A stretch of 63,571 nt of DNA, filler included, from Octopus bimaculoides (GCF_001194135.2; 5 parts of 4 records of this genome joined end to end with filler, not necessarily neighbours in it), one strand, 5' to 3'; shown: positions 12,115 through 26,012, counted from the first letter of the whole stretch. Made by a program: numbers and translations. Notes: generated by a model not told the origin, from the sequence alone.

Positions 12115-13140
12115 CTTCCACTACCTAGGTGACCAAGCTAGTAGCGAGGATAGATGCTCCGAGAGCATAGCTACTAGAATAAGAATAGCCTGGGCAAAGT
12201 TCTGAGAGTTCCTACCTCTGTTGTTAACAAAGGGTCCCTCCCTCAGAGTGAAAGGCAGATTGTATGATGCCTGTGTGCAAACAGCTATGCTACACAGCAG
12301 TTAAACAAAGTCTGTGACCACCAAGGACATGCAAAGGCTTGAAAGGAATGAAGCTGGTATGCTTTGCTAGATGTGCAATGTCAGTGTGCATGTACGACAG
12401 AGTGTAAGTGTCTTGAGAGAAAAACTGGGCATAAGTGGCATCACATGTGGTGTACAAGAGAGATGACTGATTTGGTACAGTCATGTGATGTGTATGGATG
12501 TGGACAGTTGTGTGAAGAAATGCCGATCTCTACTAGTGGAAGGAAGCTGTGAAAGAGGGAGACCTAGGAAGACATGGAAAGAGGTGGTGAAACATGATCT
12601 TCAAATGTTGGGTCTCATGGAGGCAATGACTAGTGACTGAGACCTTTGGTGATATGTCATGCTTGAGAAGACACATCGAGCCAAGTGAAATCATAACTGT
12701 GGTTGTTGTCAGTGTCATGTTACTGGCACGTAAAAAGCATCTTTCAAGCATAGGACCTCACAGAAGCCATGTGGCCAATGCTGGTGACACATAACTAATG
12801 CTTGTGCTGGTGGCATGTAAAAAGCACCTTCTGAATGTTGGGCCTCACAGAAGCAATAACAATGACATGCTTGAAAAGAAGACCCATGAAGCCAAGTGAA
12901 ATTGCATTTGTGGCAGATATTGGTGTCGTGCAAACTGACACCTGTGCCAGTGGCACATAAAAGAACCCATTATACTCTCAGAGTGGTTGGTGTTAGGAAG
13001 GGCATCCAGTTGTAGAAACCATGCCAAACCAGACTGGAGTCTGGTGCAGCCTTCCAGCTTGCCAGCCCTGGTCAAACCATCCAACCCATGCCAGTATGGA
13101 CAATGGACATTAAATGATGATGAGGAGGAGGAGGAGGAGG
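12115..13140 (+). mobile_element. 5'-truncated RTE-clade LINE (RT C-terminal region plus 3' UTR)
   Basis: Translation with stops reads IATRIRIAWAKF...LRVKGRLYDACVQTAMLH...RLERNEAGML...GRPRKTWKEVVKHDL. The 3' end has a (GAT)/(GAG)n tail. Confidence 0.85.
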
Positions 13141-13174
13141 AAGAATATGTATATATACATGTGTGCATGCATGT

Positions 13175-13430
13175 GTGTCTCCTTGTCTTGACATTGCAGG
13201 ATAGTTGTAATTGGGTGTCACTGTCATGCAAGTAGTGCCTTTCATTTCCAATCTTCCATGAAAACATGTCTGGTCACTACAGGGAAATATTCCTTTTCTT
13301 GGAAACAGATGAGTGTTAGCAACAGCAAAGGCATCTGTCCATGGAAAATCTGCCCTTTGTCACATGCAAGTATGACAAAGTGAATGCTATAATGATGATG
13401 ATGATGGTGGTGGTGGTGGTGATGATGATA
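13175..13430 (+). mobile_element. SINE tail type 2 (RTE-like 3' end)
   Basis: ccttgtcttgacattgc...gaaaacatgtctgg...ggaaatatt...(gat)n. Same sequence at 16155-16395, and inverted at 13760-14000. Confidence 0.65.
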
Positions 13431-13759
13431 TATATTTGTGTATTTATAAAAATATTACATAAATACATCTAGTGTATATGTGGGTGTGATGTATAAGATT
13501 TCTTTAAAAAGAAAATTGAAATCACAAATACGCACAAACACACCAGTGTATATAAATACATGTTTATATACATGAGTGTGTATGTAATGTTTCAATTTAG
13601 TTGTTGATATTTATTTTTCAATGCCAAGAAAACTTATTTTTACTAACCTGATTCTTCTGTATTAAGAAATAAGTAAACAACATATTTTACATGCACAACA
13701 CAAACACACACACACACACACGCACGTGCACACACACATACACACACACACACACATGC

Positions 13760-14000
13760 ATATACATTATCATCATCATAGTTTTAACATCTTTTTCATG
13801 CTTGCATGGTCACAAAGAATTTGTTGAAGCAATTTTCTCTAGCTGGATACCTTTCCTGTTGCTAACCCTCACCTGTTTCCAAGAAAGTTAATATTTCCCA
13901 ACAACTAGACATGTTTTTCACAGAAGACTGGAAACAAACAACCTCACTTGTATAACAATGATGCTCATTTACAGCCGTCACATGATGTCAAGACAAGGGT
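13760..14000 (-). mobile_element. SINE tail type 2, inverted copy
   Basis: Reverse complement of 13175-13400. Confidence 0.65.
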
Positions 14001-15347
14001 ATCACTGACCATTTCTGACCACTCACTTTACCTTTCATCTGCCAGTATATAGCAATCCTTTACCTGTGACTCTCTTGTTATACCTTTCCTTTACTACTTC
14101 TCATCACTCCTCTGGCACTGTTTCTCTCCTTTCTTCCCACCATGTCCTTCTTGTCTTTCCTTTCATCCTAACACAGCTTCTGCAGTCTCTCTCTCTTCTA
14201 TCCATCCTATTAGCTGTGTTACTCTGAACGAATGGAGGTAACATTGAGCTATGAGGATCCCAGTACAATGCCACCTCAAAAGTTCTGGTGTTCCAATAAA
14301 GTGTATTCAGTACACTTTGTGAAGTGATTGTCGAATGAATAGAAACATTACAGAGTTAAGGACTCTTAATTTTGCTTTGTTGAAAACATGGCAACCTCTC
14401 TAATGTTTGTATCATGATTAAAACCGCATCAAGTATGCTCTGTCAAGTGATCAGTGAATGTGCAGAGACATGATAAGGTCAGGAAGACTTTTACTCTTGA
14501 TCTGTTGAAGACATGGCAACCTCTTTAGTGTTGGTGCCAAGATAAAACATGCCCAGTACTCAGAATGTAAAGACAGATGAAATGCCGCTAAGCATTTTGC
14601 CAAGCATGGAAACAATCCTGCCAGCTCACTGCAGGGTTTCATTTAGTCACTTAATTGATGCTTGCATATTTTACCAAGTTGTGTTGTTTGTGGCTTCGTG
14701 AATATATTGATCCTTTTGATCACTTATAGCCTGCATGTTTTTCTGTTGATTGGATCTATAAGATGATGACTGACTAGATGATGTGTCATTGGGATATGTT
14801 CTATTAACTACTACTGTGCTGTGTGCATAGCCAAGACACTATATTTCCCTGTGTTAAGGAAGCTCCAACTTTAACTTTAAAATTTAAAAAAAAAAGAAAG
14901 ATAAACATAAAAATAAGGTCTTACCCCTTATTTTTAGAGGGGTGAGTTCATTTATTCTATAGTAGTTATTTAAGGCCTGTGACATATGGATCTGTTGAAT
15001 ACTTTTAGGCTGCTTTTTTTTTCTTTCCCGTTTATACGGTAGTTTAGCATAGATAATCCTTCTTTCAGGTTAAAATTGGCTTTTGATAAATATAAACTTT
15101 GTCCATTAGGACAGACAGTGTTCTTCCTAAGAGGGATGATCCTGTGAGGATTGAAAAGAAGACAAACAAATTGCTGTGTCTAATAAAATTAATATGGTTT
15201 AAAACATTTCAAATATACCAAGCATAGGTGCAGGCATGGTTGCTAAATCCTTCCAATCTGTACTCCAGTATGGCCACCATCCTATGACTGAAATAAGTAA
15301 AAGACAAACAGTAAAAGATGATGGTGAAGAAATAATAATAATGTTTT

Positions 15348-15891
15348 TGCCCTGATGCAATACCAGGCACCGGCACTCGTGGCTTCTGATCTTAACTGGT
15401 TGGAAGTGTTATCATGTACATGTTTTGTCTTGGTGTAAAAGATGGTCTACAGCAAATATTCTGCTCAATACTACAGATTTGCTTGTCAGTTGCTTGACAG
15501 TAACTAGTTGAGCATGTCCCTTGGTGGGTGACAATATGTGCATCTCTGATCACAAGTAGTTGGGGAGCATCATAGCCATGTGTTGAGAGGGATTCTTTGG
15601 GGTTTGAATAATTCACCTCTGGAAACCCGAGTGTTTTGTTCATCATCCTTAAACCTTATTCAGGGACCTTTTGAGCAGGATGGGCTACTCAACTTGAAGA
15701 AAACTCTAACTGGGCCCCTTCTGCAAGGTCATGTGCTGTTTATCTTCATATTAGATCACTATGTCGCGCACCTATGGTTGTGATGCATGTGCCTGGTGTA
15801 CCCTTATCAGACGAGTATTCACGATGGGTATGCTGGGCTTCATATATTTTACCCCAGTGTCACTTTGATGGCATGCACTGCTCTCTCACTC
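15348..15891. mobile_element. ~545-bp non-coding interspersed element flanked by (TAA)n on both sides
   Basis: (AAT)n at 15331-15341 and 15892-15929. Inverted copy at 32674-33124 and partial copy at 61923-62036. Confidence 0.75.
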
Positions 15892-15931
<40 letters not shown>

Positions 15932-15964
15932 TGGCTGTTTTGTTTTCTCATCAATAAAGAGAAG

Positions 15965-16123
15965 AGGTGTTGCTTACCAACGATTTCACTAATATTGGGC
16001 GGGGGGCATGGCACCTTGAGCAAATGTCTTCTACCATAGCCCCAGGCCAACCGAAACCCTGTGAGTGGATTTAGTAGATTGAAACTGAGAGAACCCTGTC
16101 ATATGTATGTATTTGTGTATATA

Positions 16124-16158
<35 letters not shown>

Positions 16159-16395
16159 CTTTGTCTAGACATCACATGGTAGTTGTAAATGAGTATCATC
16201 ATCATCATCCATGGTTGTTCATTTCTAGTCGTTTGTGGGAAAACATGTCTGGCCATGGGGAAATATTTACTTCACTCAGAAACAAGTGAAGGTTGGTGAC
16301 AGGAAGGGCATCCAGTTGTAAAAAAACCTGCATCAACAAATTCCGTCTGACCCATGCAAGCCTGGAAAAGTAGATGTCAAGTGATGACGATGAAG
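15965..16395 (+). mobile_element. CORE-SINE with tail type 2
   Basis: ggcaccttgagcaaatgtcttctaccatagc head, (TG)n, then aggaagggcatccagttgta...cccatgcaagcctggaaaagtag tail. Confidence 0.7.
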
Positions 16396-16656
16396 TATCT
16401 TTAGTTCTCACTGTCTTGCTTATAAAGCTAAAATTAATTTGAATTATCTCTGTCAAAACCCTATTTCTTAAGGACTCACTGCACTGTCTGTCTATAATAT
16501 GTCTTGTCACTGATTCACACACATGTAGCCTATAGATACAGTGACATAGGCGCATTTAGATAATATTTAGTTGCACATACACACTGGTACAATTGTACAA
16601 TGACTGTCAGACATACACACACATACAAACACACATGCATACAGACACATTCTCTT

Positions 16657-16767
<111 letters not shown>

Positions 16768-17002
16768 CAATCTCACACATACATGCACACATGCGCATTC
16801 ACTTTCTTCACATTAAAATTCTATTTTTCTCGTAAGCATAGTCTCTCTCTCTCTTTCTTTCTCTCTCCACCTCCATTCACATGTACACACACATACACAC
16901 ACACTCTCTCTCTCTCTCACACACACACACTTGCATTATCCGTCTTTTTTTACATTCCTTTTTCTTTCTATTAAATGCATATCGCTATCACTCTTTCACT
17001 TC

Positions 17003-17042
<40 letters not shown>

Positions 17043-17271
17043 TAGGTGCGACCCACCACCACCAAACATACAAACATACACACAAGACAAAAATTAGGTT
17101 GATAAATAGACAAGATCTCCAGACAAAATTTATTATTTTTATTATTTTTTACTTATTCAGCTTATATATTTATTTTGTTGATTTAATTAGTATATCTTAT
17201 TTGTATTTATATATTGTTTGTTCATATTTAAATGTTGATGAATACTTATCTCAGCTTCAACAAACTGTCTA

Positions 17272-17334
<63 letters not shown>

Positions 17335-17419
17335 TCACAGGACTTATTCTACCCTGTTGCATTGCTGGGTGCTACAGTGGGCCATTGTAAAACTATGTGT
17401 GTGTGTGTGTTTGTCTGTT

Positions 17420-17790
17420 TATCTCTTCTCCTTTATATCTTTTACTTGTTTCAGTCATTGGACTGAGGTCATGCTGCAGCAACACCTTGAAATGTTTTAG
17501 TTGAACGAATCAACCCAAATACTCGCTTTTTTTGTTAAGCTTGTCTCTTATTCCATTACTCTCTTTTGCCAAGTTATTAAGTCATGGGGTCATAAACAAA
17601 CCAACACTGGTTGCCAAGCAGTGATGGGGTGCAAACACAAACACACAATGGGCTTCTTTCAGTTTCCGTCTAACAAATCCACCGAAATGGTTTTAGTTGG
17701 CCCAGAGCTGTAGGAGAAAACACTTGCACAAAGTGACACACAAAGAACTACAAGGTTGAGAAACAAACTCCTTACCACACAGCTGACTTG
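17420..17790 (-). mobile_element. CORE-SINE (tail type 1 plus head)
   Basis: tttacttgtttcagtcattggactg... tail and gggcttctttcagtttccgtc... head. Confidence 0.65.
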
Positions 17791-17869
17791 TGTGTGTGTG
17801 TGCATGGGCGTACGCATGTGATAGTGTGCATGGGCGTACGCATGTGATAGTGTGCATTTGTACATATAT

Positions 17870-18000
17870 ATATGTGGTTGGCATTAGGAAGGGCATCCAA
17901 CCATAAAAGCCGTGCCAAAACAGACAGTGGAACTCAGTGCATCATCTGGTTTGCCAGTTCCTGTCCAACCCATACCAGCATGGATGATGATGACGATAAT
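17870..18000 (+). mobile_element. RTE 3'-end fragment
   Basis: ttggcattaggaagggcatccaacc...ccaacccataccagcatggatgatgatg. Confidence 0.55.
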
Positions 18001-18129
18001 AGGAAAAAGTATGATAAATGCATGATGCAGTTCATACCATTTGTTCCCAACACATGGTTTGCCATTGTGCATATTTGCATCCTCTGCCTTGAGTGTTCTT
18101 AGTGCAATTGGATGCAGATCCACAACAGT

Positions 18130-18560
18130 TCATTAGGGAAAGACATTATTACATTATGTTGACACGAATCATACTTTTTCCTACACTTGTTCTGTAAGTC
18201 ATAACCATTAATACAGCCAAGTCATAACCACATCTGTTTACTGGAAATACACTGGATGCTGATGCTTTACACGGAGCTCTAGACTCCAGTGGTCTGCTGG
18301 GAATGAAGGCAAGGAATGGCTCTGGACATGTGCAGCTCACGTTTCTGCTGTGCTCCTGCAATCCTATTCTGTTCATAGGAGATGGCACCTCTGTTGGTGC
18401 AGCCACACCAGGTAGGGTGCTCCTGTGCTTGGTTTTTCCCAAGTTTTGTGGTTGATCTGAAAGCATTTCAGTGAGACCCTGGGTGCATTGTTGACATGCT
18501 TTTTCTGCTCACCCTGTGTGCACTTGCCTTCTGTCAATTCACTGTAAACCTGTCCTTTGG
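18130..18560 (-). mobile_element. RTE-BovB-like LINE C-terminal fragment
   Basis: Frames read YSELTEGKCTQGEQKKH...VSLKCFQINHKTWE and TWCGCTNRGAISYEQNRIAGAQQKRE, resembling RTE-BovB C-termini. Confidence 0.6.
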
Positions 18561-19378
18561 GTACATGTGTGTGTGCGTGCGTGTGTATGTATGTATGCAT
18601 GTTTATGTGCGTGTGTGTGTGTGTATTTATATTTATATATAGTAAATGAAAGACAGAAGATGGAAGATATGAGAATTTTTATTAACCACTACAATTGTTT
18701 TGACACATCTAGCATCGATCCCTCATGGGTGGGATACTTAACGACTGGTTCGCATCCGATAGGGCAGATGTGTCTCTTCAGGTGAAAAATAGATATAACT
18801 CATTAAAAAAACAGTTCCACAATGTATCTTCTCATTTCATATAAATATATACATGTGTATTTAAATATATATATATATGTACATATTTGTGTGTGTGTAT
18901 GTATACAAAGACACACGCAGTATTTCTTGTGTATATACTTGTACACACACACACACCTACATCTTCTATAATAAAAATTGTTGTGTATTTATATGATATA
19001 TATATATGTCTTTTCTGTCCTGCTTAAGTGTACTCACAGTGAGACAGAAAATAAATAAGTAGTTTCAGAGAAGAAGTGGAGGGTGAAAAGTACAGATGTG
19101 CCAGGTGAGGTGGAATGATTAAGAGGAGTAGCTATGAGAGATGGAAGGATGAGAAAGAGAAGAATGAAAGAGTGGAAGGAGGTGAAATGTAGTAAAATAT
19201 AAAAGAAACAATGTTAAGAGAAGAGGAAAATTTCATCCACAATCACACTCTAACACACATATGCACATTGAATGCTGAAACATTAAAAGTAAAGGGAAAT
19301 ATCTCATCCTGGAAAAGTTGAAAGATTTTAAGTTTATTCATTTCTTTTCTGTCCTGCAGTGAAAGAAATTATATGTGC

Positions 19379-19433
<55 letters not shown>

Positions 19434-19962
19434 TACATGCATACACATGTCTTGCTAATTTATTTCTTTGTATCTATTGCTTACATAATTTTTTATCATG
19501 TTCAGTGAGGACTAATGAAGAGGGACCACAAGTTCAACTTCTTTAAGAAATGAAAATTTTCAATGGTTTTTCTCAGTTATAATCATTCACATATGAACCA
19601 ATGTAATTAAATCATGAACAGAACAACTTTTAATGTATCTGTGAATCATGGTACTTTTTGACAGCACAGACACACCAGAGATTTAATAAAATAACAGTTG
19701 GGAAAACCTTCAATAATTAAATAAAAATGTTTTTATTATTTTAACCTCAGTTAAAAAATTAGAACAATTTATACAAAACTTTATCCCTCATTTAACTCTC
19801 TTCAAAGTATTTTCATTAAAAGATTTATTTTTACTTTATAAGCCAGTTTCAAATATATGTCATGTCAGTGCATTTAATAAATACCAGGTTAAAGAAATTA
19901 TTTCTTCAAAAAATGCAGTTTTTGATAGCATGAAAATACTAATAAATGTATGTACATGTGTA

Positions 19963-20037
<75 letters not shown>

Positions 20038-20249
20038 TTATACACACACCTACATACATGAGAATACTCCTGCATGCATATATTTATATGCATACACACA
20101 CACACATGTATATATATATAGTTCACAACTTTTTACTTTCAAATATCATATTTTTGAAGACAACTATTTTCTAGTTTATCTTCTTCATCGAGTTTTTTTT
20201 TTTTTTTTTTTTCCTATTTTCATATGATAAGAACAATGAAGTTTCCAAA

Positions 20250-20600
20250 TCCATCATCAACATTTCTAGACCTTCACATTTTCATCCTCTGCTTGAAGTG
20301 ATTGTTGTGTCTTGTTTGACATTGATATGTACCACATTATAACAACATACATCGTTGTCTGCATGACTGGCCTGAAAGGCGTACCTTGCCGGCTGACACC
20401 ACAAGACTAATTTAGATTCTTCCAGTCTTTGGTAGCACACACAGTGGTCAAATAGTCACGGCCCTCTTTGCTTGATCTTCTCACTAACTTTTGGCTGGTC
20501 TGCATGAAGCCATTCAGTTGTCATATGTTGCTGGCATTTCACATTTAGGGCCATTCATAGTATCTTTGTGTAGCAGCTATCTTGCCCATTTCATAATTTC
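20250..20600 (-). mobile_element. Degenerate RTE/RTE-X LINE C-terminal fragment
   Basis: ...MALNVKCQQHMTTEWLHADQPKVSEKIKQR...SKLVLWCQP. Confidence 0.5.
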
Positions 20601-21129
20601 TTTGTCAGTGTCCATGTATTACACCTTGCTCAAGGTGTAATACAGTAAGGACTGAAAACGAAACCGTATGACTGCAAAGTGAGTTTCTTAACCACATAAC
20701 CATGCCTGAAGTCTTTAAAATATACAGCCAGTTGTTGCTTGTGAGTGACTTTGCCTACGTAATATATATTTGTTGAAGGTGCTGGTATAATAGCGAGCAG
20801 ACATAGACACTTTCTTAATCTCACCCTCAGCCTTGACCCAATGAAACAACCAAGATGTAGAAGCTGGAAGCAGAGATGAGGGGTACACCAGAATCTTGCT
20901 GGTACAGTTGAGCTGGCTGCATCAACATGAAATGAAGAACCTAGCTCAAAAATACAACATGATCATGAGCCTAACACCCAAAACACTAAACCACGAAGTG
21001 TAAAATAAACTTAGGAAAGACAAAGGTTTTTGTAGTATTTCAGGAAGATCCTTATGTCAGTAATAAAGACATGCACTAGTCTGCTTCTTTTGTTATTATT
21101 ATTATTATTCAATAGTTGACCATTTAACC

Positions 21130-21230
21130 CAGTGGTTCTCAATCTTGGGGATTCATAAAAGATTTTTGAGGGGTCCACACAAACGAAACAGTAAATTGGG
21201 TTCCCACAGTAGTATTTTAAAGGGTCTCCT
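21130..21230 (+). mobile_element. hAT/Charlie-like left terminus
   Basis: CAGTGGTTCTCAA start; no partner TIR found. Confidence 0.35.
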
Positions 21231-21249
21231 TTGTTATTGTTTGGTTTGA

Positions 21250-21815
21250 GTTTCAAAGTTCAAAATGGACTAAACCCTTCACATCCCACCAAACAGATAA
21301 CAACACTTTACATGGGTGAAGACCTTCATTAGCCTGGGGTGCCAGAGTTTCTCCTTTCCCTACCCACTGTATTCAGCACTTGACACTTTTACAGAGAACC
21401 CATTTCTCATCACCAATCACTATTCAGTCCAAAATGGTTCGTTCGTGAGACGTGACAGCAAAGAAGAGCACACATTCACTCTCCGGGCGATTAGACTCAG
21501 AAAGTTTCTGAGAAACCCACTGACCCAATTTGCTGACTTTTCCAATGGCACGCAGGTATCGATGAATGGTTGAATGACCAAATTCAAGCTTCTCTGCTAG
21601 TTCTTCAACAGTTACAGTGGGATTTTGTTCCACCAGAATTTGCAGGACGTCCTTGTCGAGCTCTACAGATTTTCCAGGACAAAACTCATCTTTTAGGCTC
21701 TAGTTTCTGGCTCGGAATTTCTGGAAACAACGTTGACACTGGCTCACGCTTATTGTCCAATCCCCATATACTGCATTAATATTCTTTACACTTTCTGTTG
21801 CATTTTTAGCGAGCG
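21250..21815 (-). mobile_element. Mariner transposase N-terminal half (pseudogene)
   Basis: KNINAVYGD, EQNPTVTVEELAEKL, KVSKLGQWV, IGDEKWVL, GLHPCKVLLSVWWD, with stops and frameshifts. Confidence 0.8.
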
Positions 21816-23196
21816 GTGTCGCTAATGAAGATGTCAACACTTTAATAATTGGACTGGGCCATTAATCCAATGGCTGTGAAATACCTCTGTGCAGTAACAA
21901 CAACACTCGTATCTGTGCGAATAACTTCACGTTCAAGGTGTTATTCAGATGTGTGACAAACGAACTCTTACAGTGAGTACACAATGTTCAATAAAGTTAT
22001 CTGGGATGAAAAAAAGGTTCTGAACAACTTGCCATGTTCCATGATTGCATTGAGAAAATAGAAGCAGTTCAAGCCACAAGACTTACTTTTCCACTGGCAC
22101 TAGACGTAGAATACCATAGCGAGTTGCTGGTAGGAATTGAATATCAAATTCATGTGCCTGGCTTCCTCTTCTGAAGTTGACTGTATCAAGTCGCAGAAAA
22201 GAAAAGAGAAGAAGTTTGAACGGGTATACACACTTAAATAGTCAGTGTACTACTAGCATCCTCCTGCGTGTCGTTTTGCAGTTCTGCCTAGTGAGTTAGC
22301 AAAGAAGGAGCTAATCACGTTCACTTGGAATATTCTAGAATGTTCTAGATTGTTTGATCAGGAGAGATAGCTGTCGTTGACTCCCAACTTCAAATAGCAT
22401 TGCCTACACATTGTTGCCTTATAAAGCGAAATATGCTGAATATGCTCCTTTGTCACTTCCATTATAGCTTTGAAAAAATAACTGTTAAAATCGAACTGCA
22501 CTCTTCAAAACTTGCACTAAGAATAAGGACAAGGTAAAATTACCAACTGCTTTTATAGCAAGCTGATGTAGGTAGATTATCCTATCTCCCTCCAACTTTT
22601 AGTTCATGCAATTGAAAAAGCTGCATTATTTATGGGATGACCCAATAGTAGTCAGAGTAGAGACAATTAAGAAGCTATAAACACTGCTGAAAACATAAAG
22701 GTATTCTTTCTGTGTAATGATGGGCAAATTTGTGATGTATGTATATGAAGTACAATGATACACAATAGTGAAACATGAGCACTCCATGTGAAGAATGTGT
22801 AAAGGTTAGAGAGCAAGATACTCCGTTGGTGGTGTAATGTCAGTATGCATGAATGATGGGGTAGAAATGAGCCAAGAGAGAAAAAAACACAAAAAAAAGA
22901 CTGCGTATGAGAGTAAACTATGTTAATCAAAACATTTGATGAATATAGAAGATGACAGTTAGAGGAAAAATGTGCCAAGCAATTTAATTAGATGGTATCT
23001 GTAGAGAAGAAAACTTGAGAAATACATGGGAAAAGTGAAGTCAGATCTCNNNNNNNNNNNNNNNNNNNNNNNNNNNNNNNNNNNNNNNNNNNNTTAATTA
23101 ATTAANNNNNNNNNNNNNNNNNNNNNNNNNNNNNNNNNNNNNNNNNNNNAGGTGAGAAAGTTGGTATGTGAAAGCACGTGGTTGGATGTATAAAAG

Positions 23197-23236
<40 letters not shown>

Positions 23237-24475
23237 ACATATATTATACATGCACATATATGTATATATGTGTGTGTGGGTGTGTGTGTGTGTGTGCGTG
23301 CGCGCCTGTATGAAGGTGTTTCTGTGTGTACATACTTATTTCTAATGTTCATCATTAATAATTACTTTCTTCTCTTACAAAGACTATTCTGCTTACCTCT
23401 CACTTCCTTTTCACCATTATACACCCTCCATTATACACCCTCCATTGTACACCCTCCATTGTACACCCTCCATTCCCTTCCACTAACCTCTCCCCTTCCC
23501 TTTTCCTCTACTTTTAGCCAATCTCTTTAGACCGTAATTTTCTTCCACTCTTCCCCAAAATCACACATTGCGTATATAGATATACATACATGCAGACATA
23601 CATACATGCATACATACATACATACATACATACATACATACATACATACATACATACATACATGCCTGTATACGCATGTATATGTTTGTGTATCCTAGTG
23701 CATTAACTTTCACAAACATATACGTAAAAATATGTGTATGTATATATTATATATATATATATATATATNNNNNNNNNNNNNNNNNNNNNNNNNNNNNNNN
23801 NNNNNNNNNNNNNNNNNNNNNNNNNNNNNNNNNNNNNNNNNNNNNNNNNNNNNNNNNNNNNNNNNNNNNNNNNNNNNNNNNNNNNNNNNNNNNNNNNNNN
23901 NNNNNNNNNNNNNNNNNNNNNNNNNNNNNNNNNNNNNNNNNNNNNNNNNNNNNNNNNNNNNNNNNNNNNNNNNNNNNNNNNNNNNNNNNNNNNNNNNNNN
24001 NNNNNNNNNNNNNNNNNNNNNNNNNNNNNNNNNNNNNNNNNNNNNNNNNNNNNNNNNNNNNNNNNNNNNNNNNNNNNNNNNNNNNNNNNNNNNNNNNNNN
24101 NNNNNNNNNNNNNNNNNNNNNNNNNNNNNNNNNNNNNNNNNNNNNNNNNNNNNNNNNNNNNNNNNNNNNNNNNNNNNNNNNNNNNNNNNNNNNNNNNNNN
24201 NNNNNNNNNNNNNNNNNNNNNNNNNNNNNNNNNNNNNNNNNNNNNNNNNNNNNNNNNNNNNNNNNNNNNNNNNNNNNNNNNNNNNNNNNNNNNNNNNNNN
24301 NNNNNNNNNNNNNNNNNNNNNNNNNNNNNNNNNNNNNNNNNNNNNNNNNNNNNNNNNNNNNNNNNNNNNNNNNNNNNNNNNNNNNNNNNNNNNNNNNNNN
24401 NNNNNNNNNNNNNNNNNNNNNNNNNNTATATATATACACATATGTATATATTGCATAAATACATACGAATGTGCC

Positions 24476-24534
<59 letters not shown>

Positions 24535-25082
24535 GTATGTATATCTGTACGATTTTTATAAATATAGAAATCTATCTCTATGTATGTATGTATGTATGTA
24601 TGTAGGTATGTATGTACATGTTCTTTCATTTTCGTCTCCATTTTCCTCTTAATTTCATCCTTTTTATTCCCCGCCACCGTCTCCCTGCACAAGTCTATCT
24701 AAACCCCTTTTTCCTGCCCTTCCAAATCATTTCCCTTATTTTTTCACTCGACCCCACATTTCCAGTCCTCTTTTCCACAAATTTTCCCATTTTCTTCGTA
24801 TACATCAAGAATTATTCCAATTTCCAAAAATCAAATTCCACCATTAGTTTTTTGATGCCACTCAAATTGAGAGTTAATAATCAACTTCTTTTTTCTGTGG
24901 ATGTTACAAAGGAATTATTGATCTTCTGGGAGGGGGAAAAAAAAAAGTTTGATTCCACCGAATTATATAAGGTAATATCATTTTTTAACGATTTCACCAA
25001 ACATCGCTGCAGCAGAAATTCGTGGGTGACAAATGGGCCATGATTTAATGTGCAGTTATCTCGTTGCAGACTACTCTGGGTG

Positions 25083-25157
<75 letters not shown>

Positions 25158-25271
25158 ACGTGCGCGTGTGTGCATATGTGTATGCATAAATATACTTATA
25201 TGAAGTGGCATAGTGATATTTTCAGGTAAATATCCATAAATTTATCTGCGTGTTATATGTATGTATGTATG

Positions 25272-25335
<64 letters not shown>

Positions 25336-25352
25336 CGTATGTGTATATATAT

Positions 25353-25422
<70 letters not shown>

Positions 25423-25502
25423 CGATTAAGTCTTTCCTATAGATAGATAGAGAGATATACATATATATATATATGGGATATATGTATATATACATAGATA
25501 CA

Positions 25503-25576
<74 letters not shown>

Positions 25577-25948
25577 TACATACACACACAAATACACACA
25601 CATACGCATATACATACATACATATATATATGTATGTATTTATGTATATTTATGCCATATTGTGTAAGCATATTTATGGTAACGCTATGTATAGCACTCT
25701 CTACGCCCGCTCACACCGACGCGCGCCCCCGCGCGCCCCCGCTCATTTCCAAAGCTATAAGTGCCTCAATGGATAACATATTTAGTAAATACTTATCTAA
25801 CTTAGGTAAAATATATCAAAATTAAGATGTCATTCATTTTAAAAAGCATATTATGGAGACAATAATTGCTGCTATCTCTTTATTCTCCTTCTCTGCCGAT
25901 ATAACAATCACAGAATATAGACATAGGTGTGCGCGTGTCTACGAGTGT

Positions 25949-26012
<64 letters not shown>

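Noticed and set aside
18170-18200. Minus-strand QNKCRKK resembling Shox helix 3
   Set aside because: It lacks WF and RRA and lies at the end of an RTE fragment.
23050-23149. TTAATTAATTAA centred in 100-bp N blocks (also 33125-33224, 42163-42262, 58275-58374)
   Set aside because: Identical N44-linker-N44 layout with stops in all six frames indicates a scaffolding spacer, not biology. Order and distance across these joins are uncertain.
23419-23474. 14-bp x4 repeat, and other short tandem arrays, as CRISPR
   Set aside because: No spacers or cas genes, and the context is eukaryotic.
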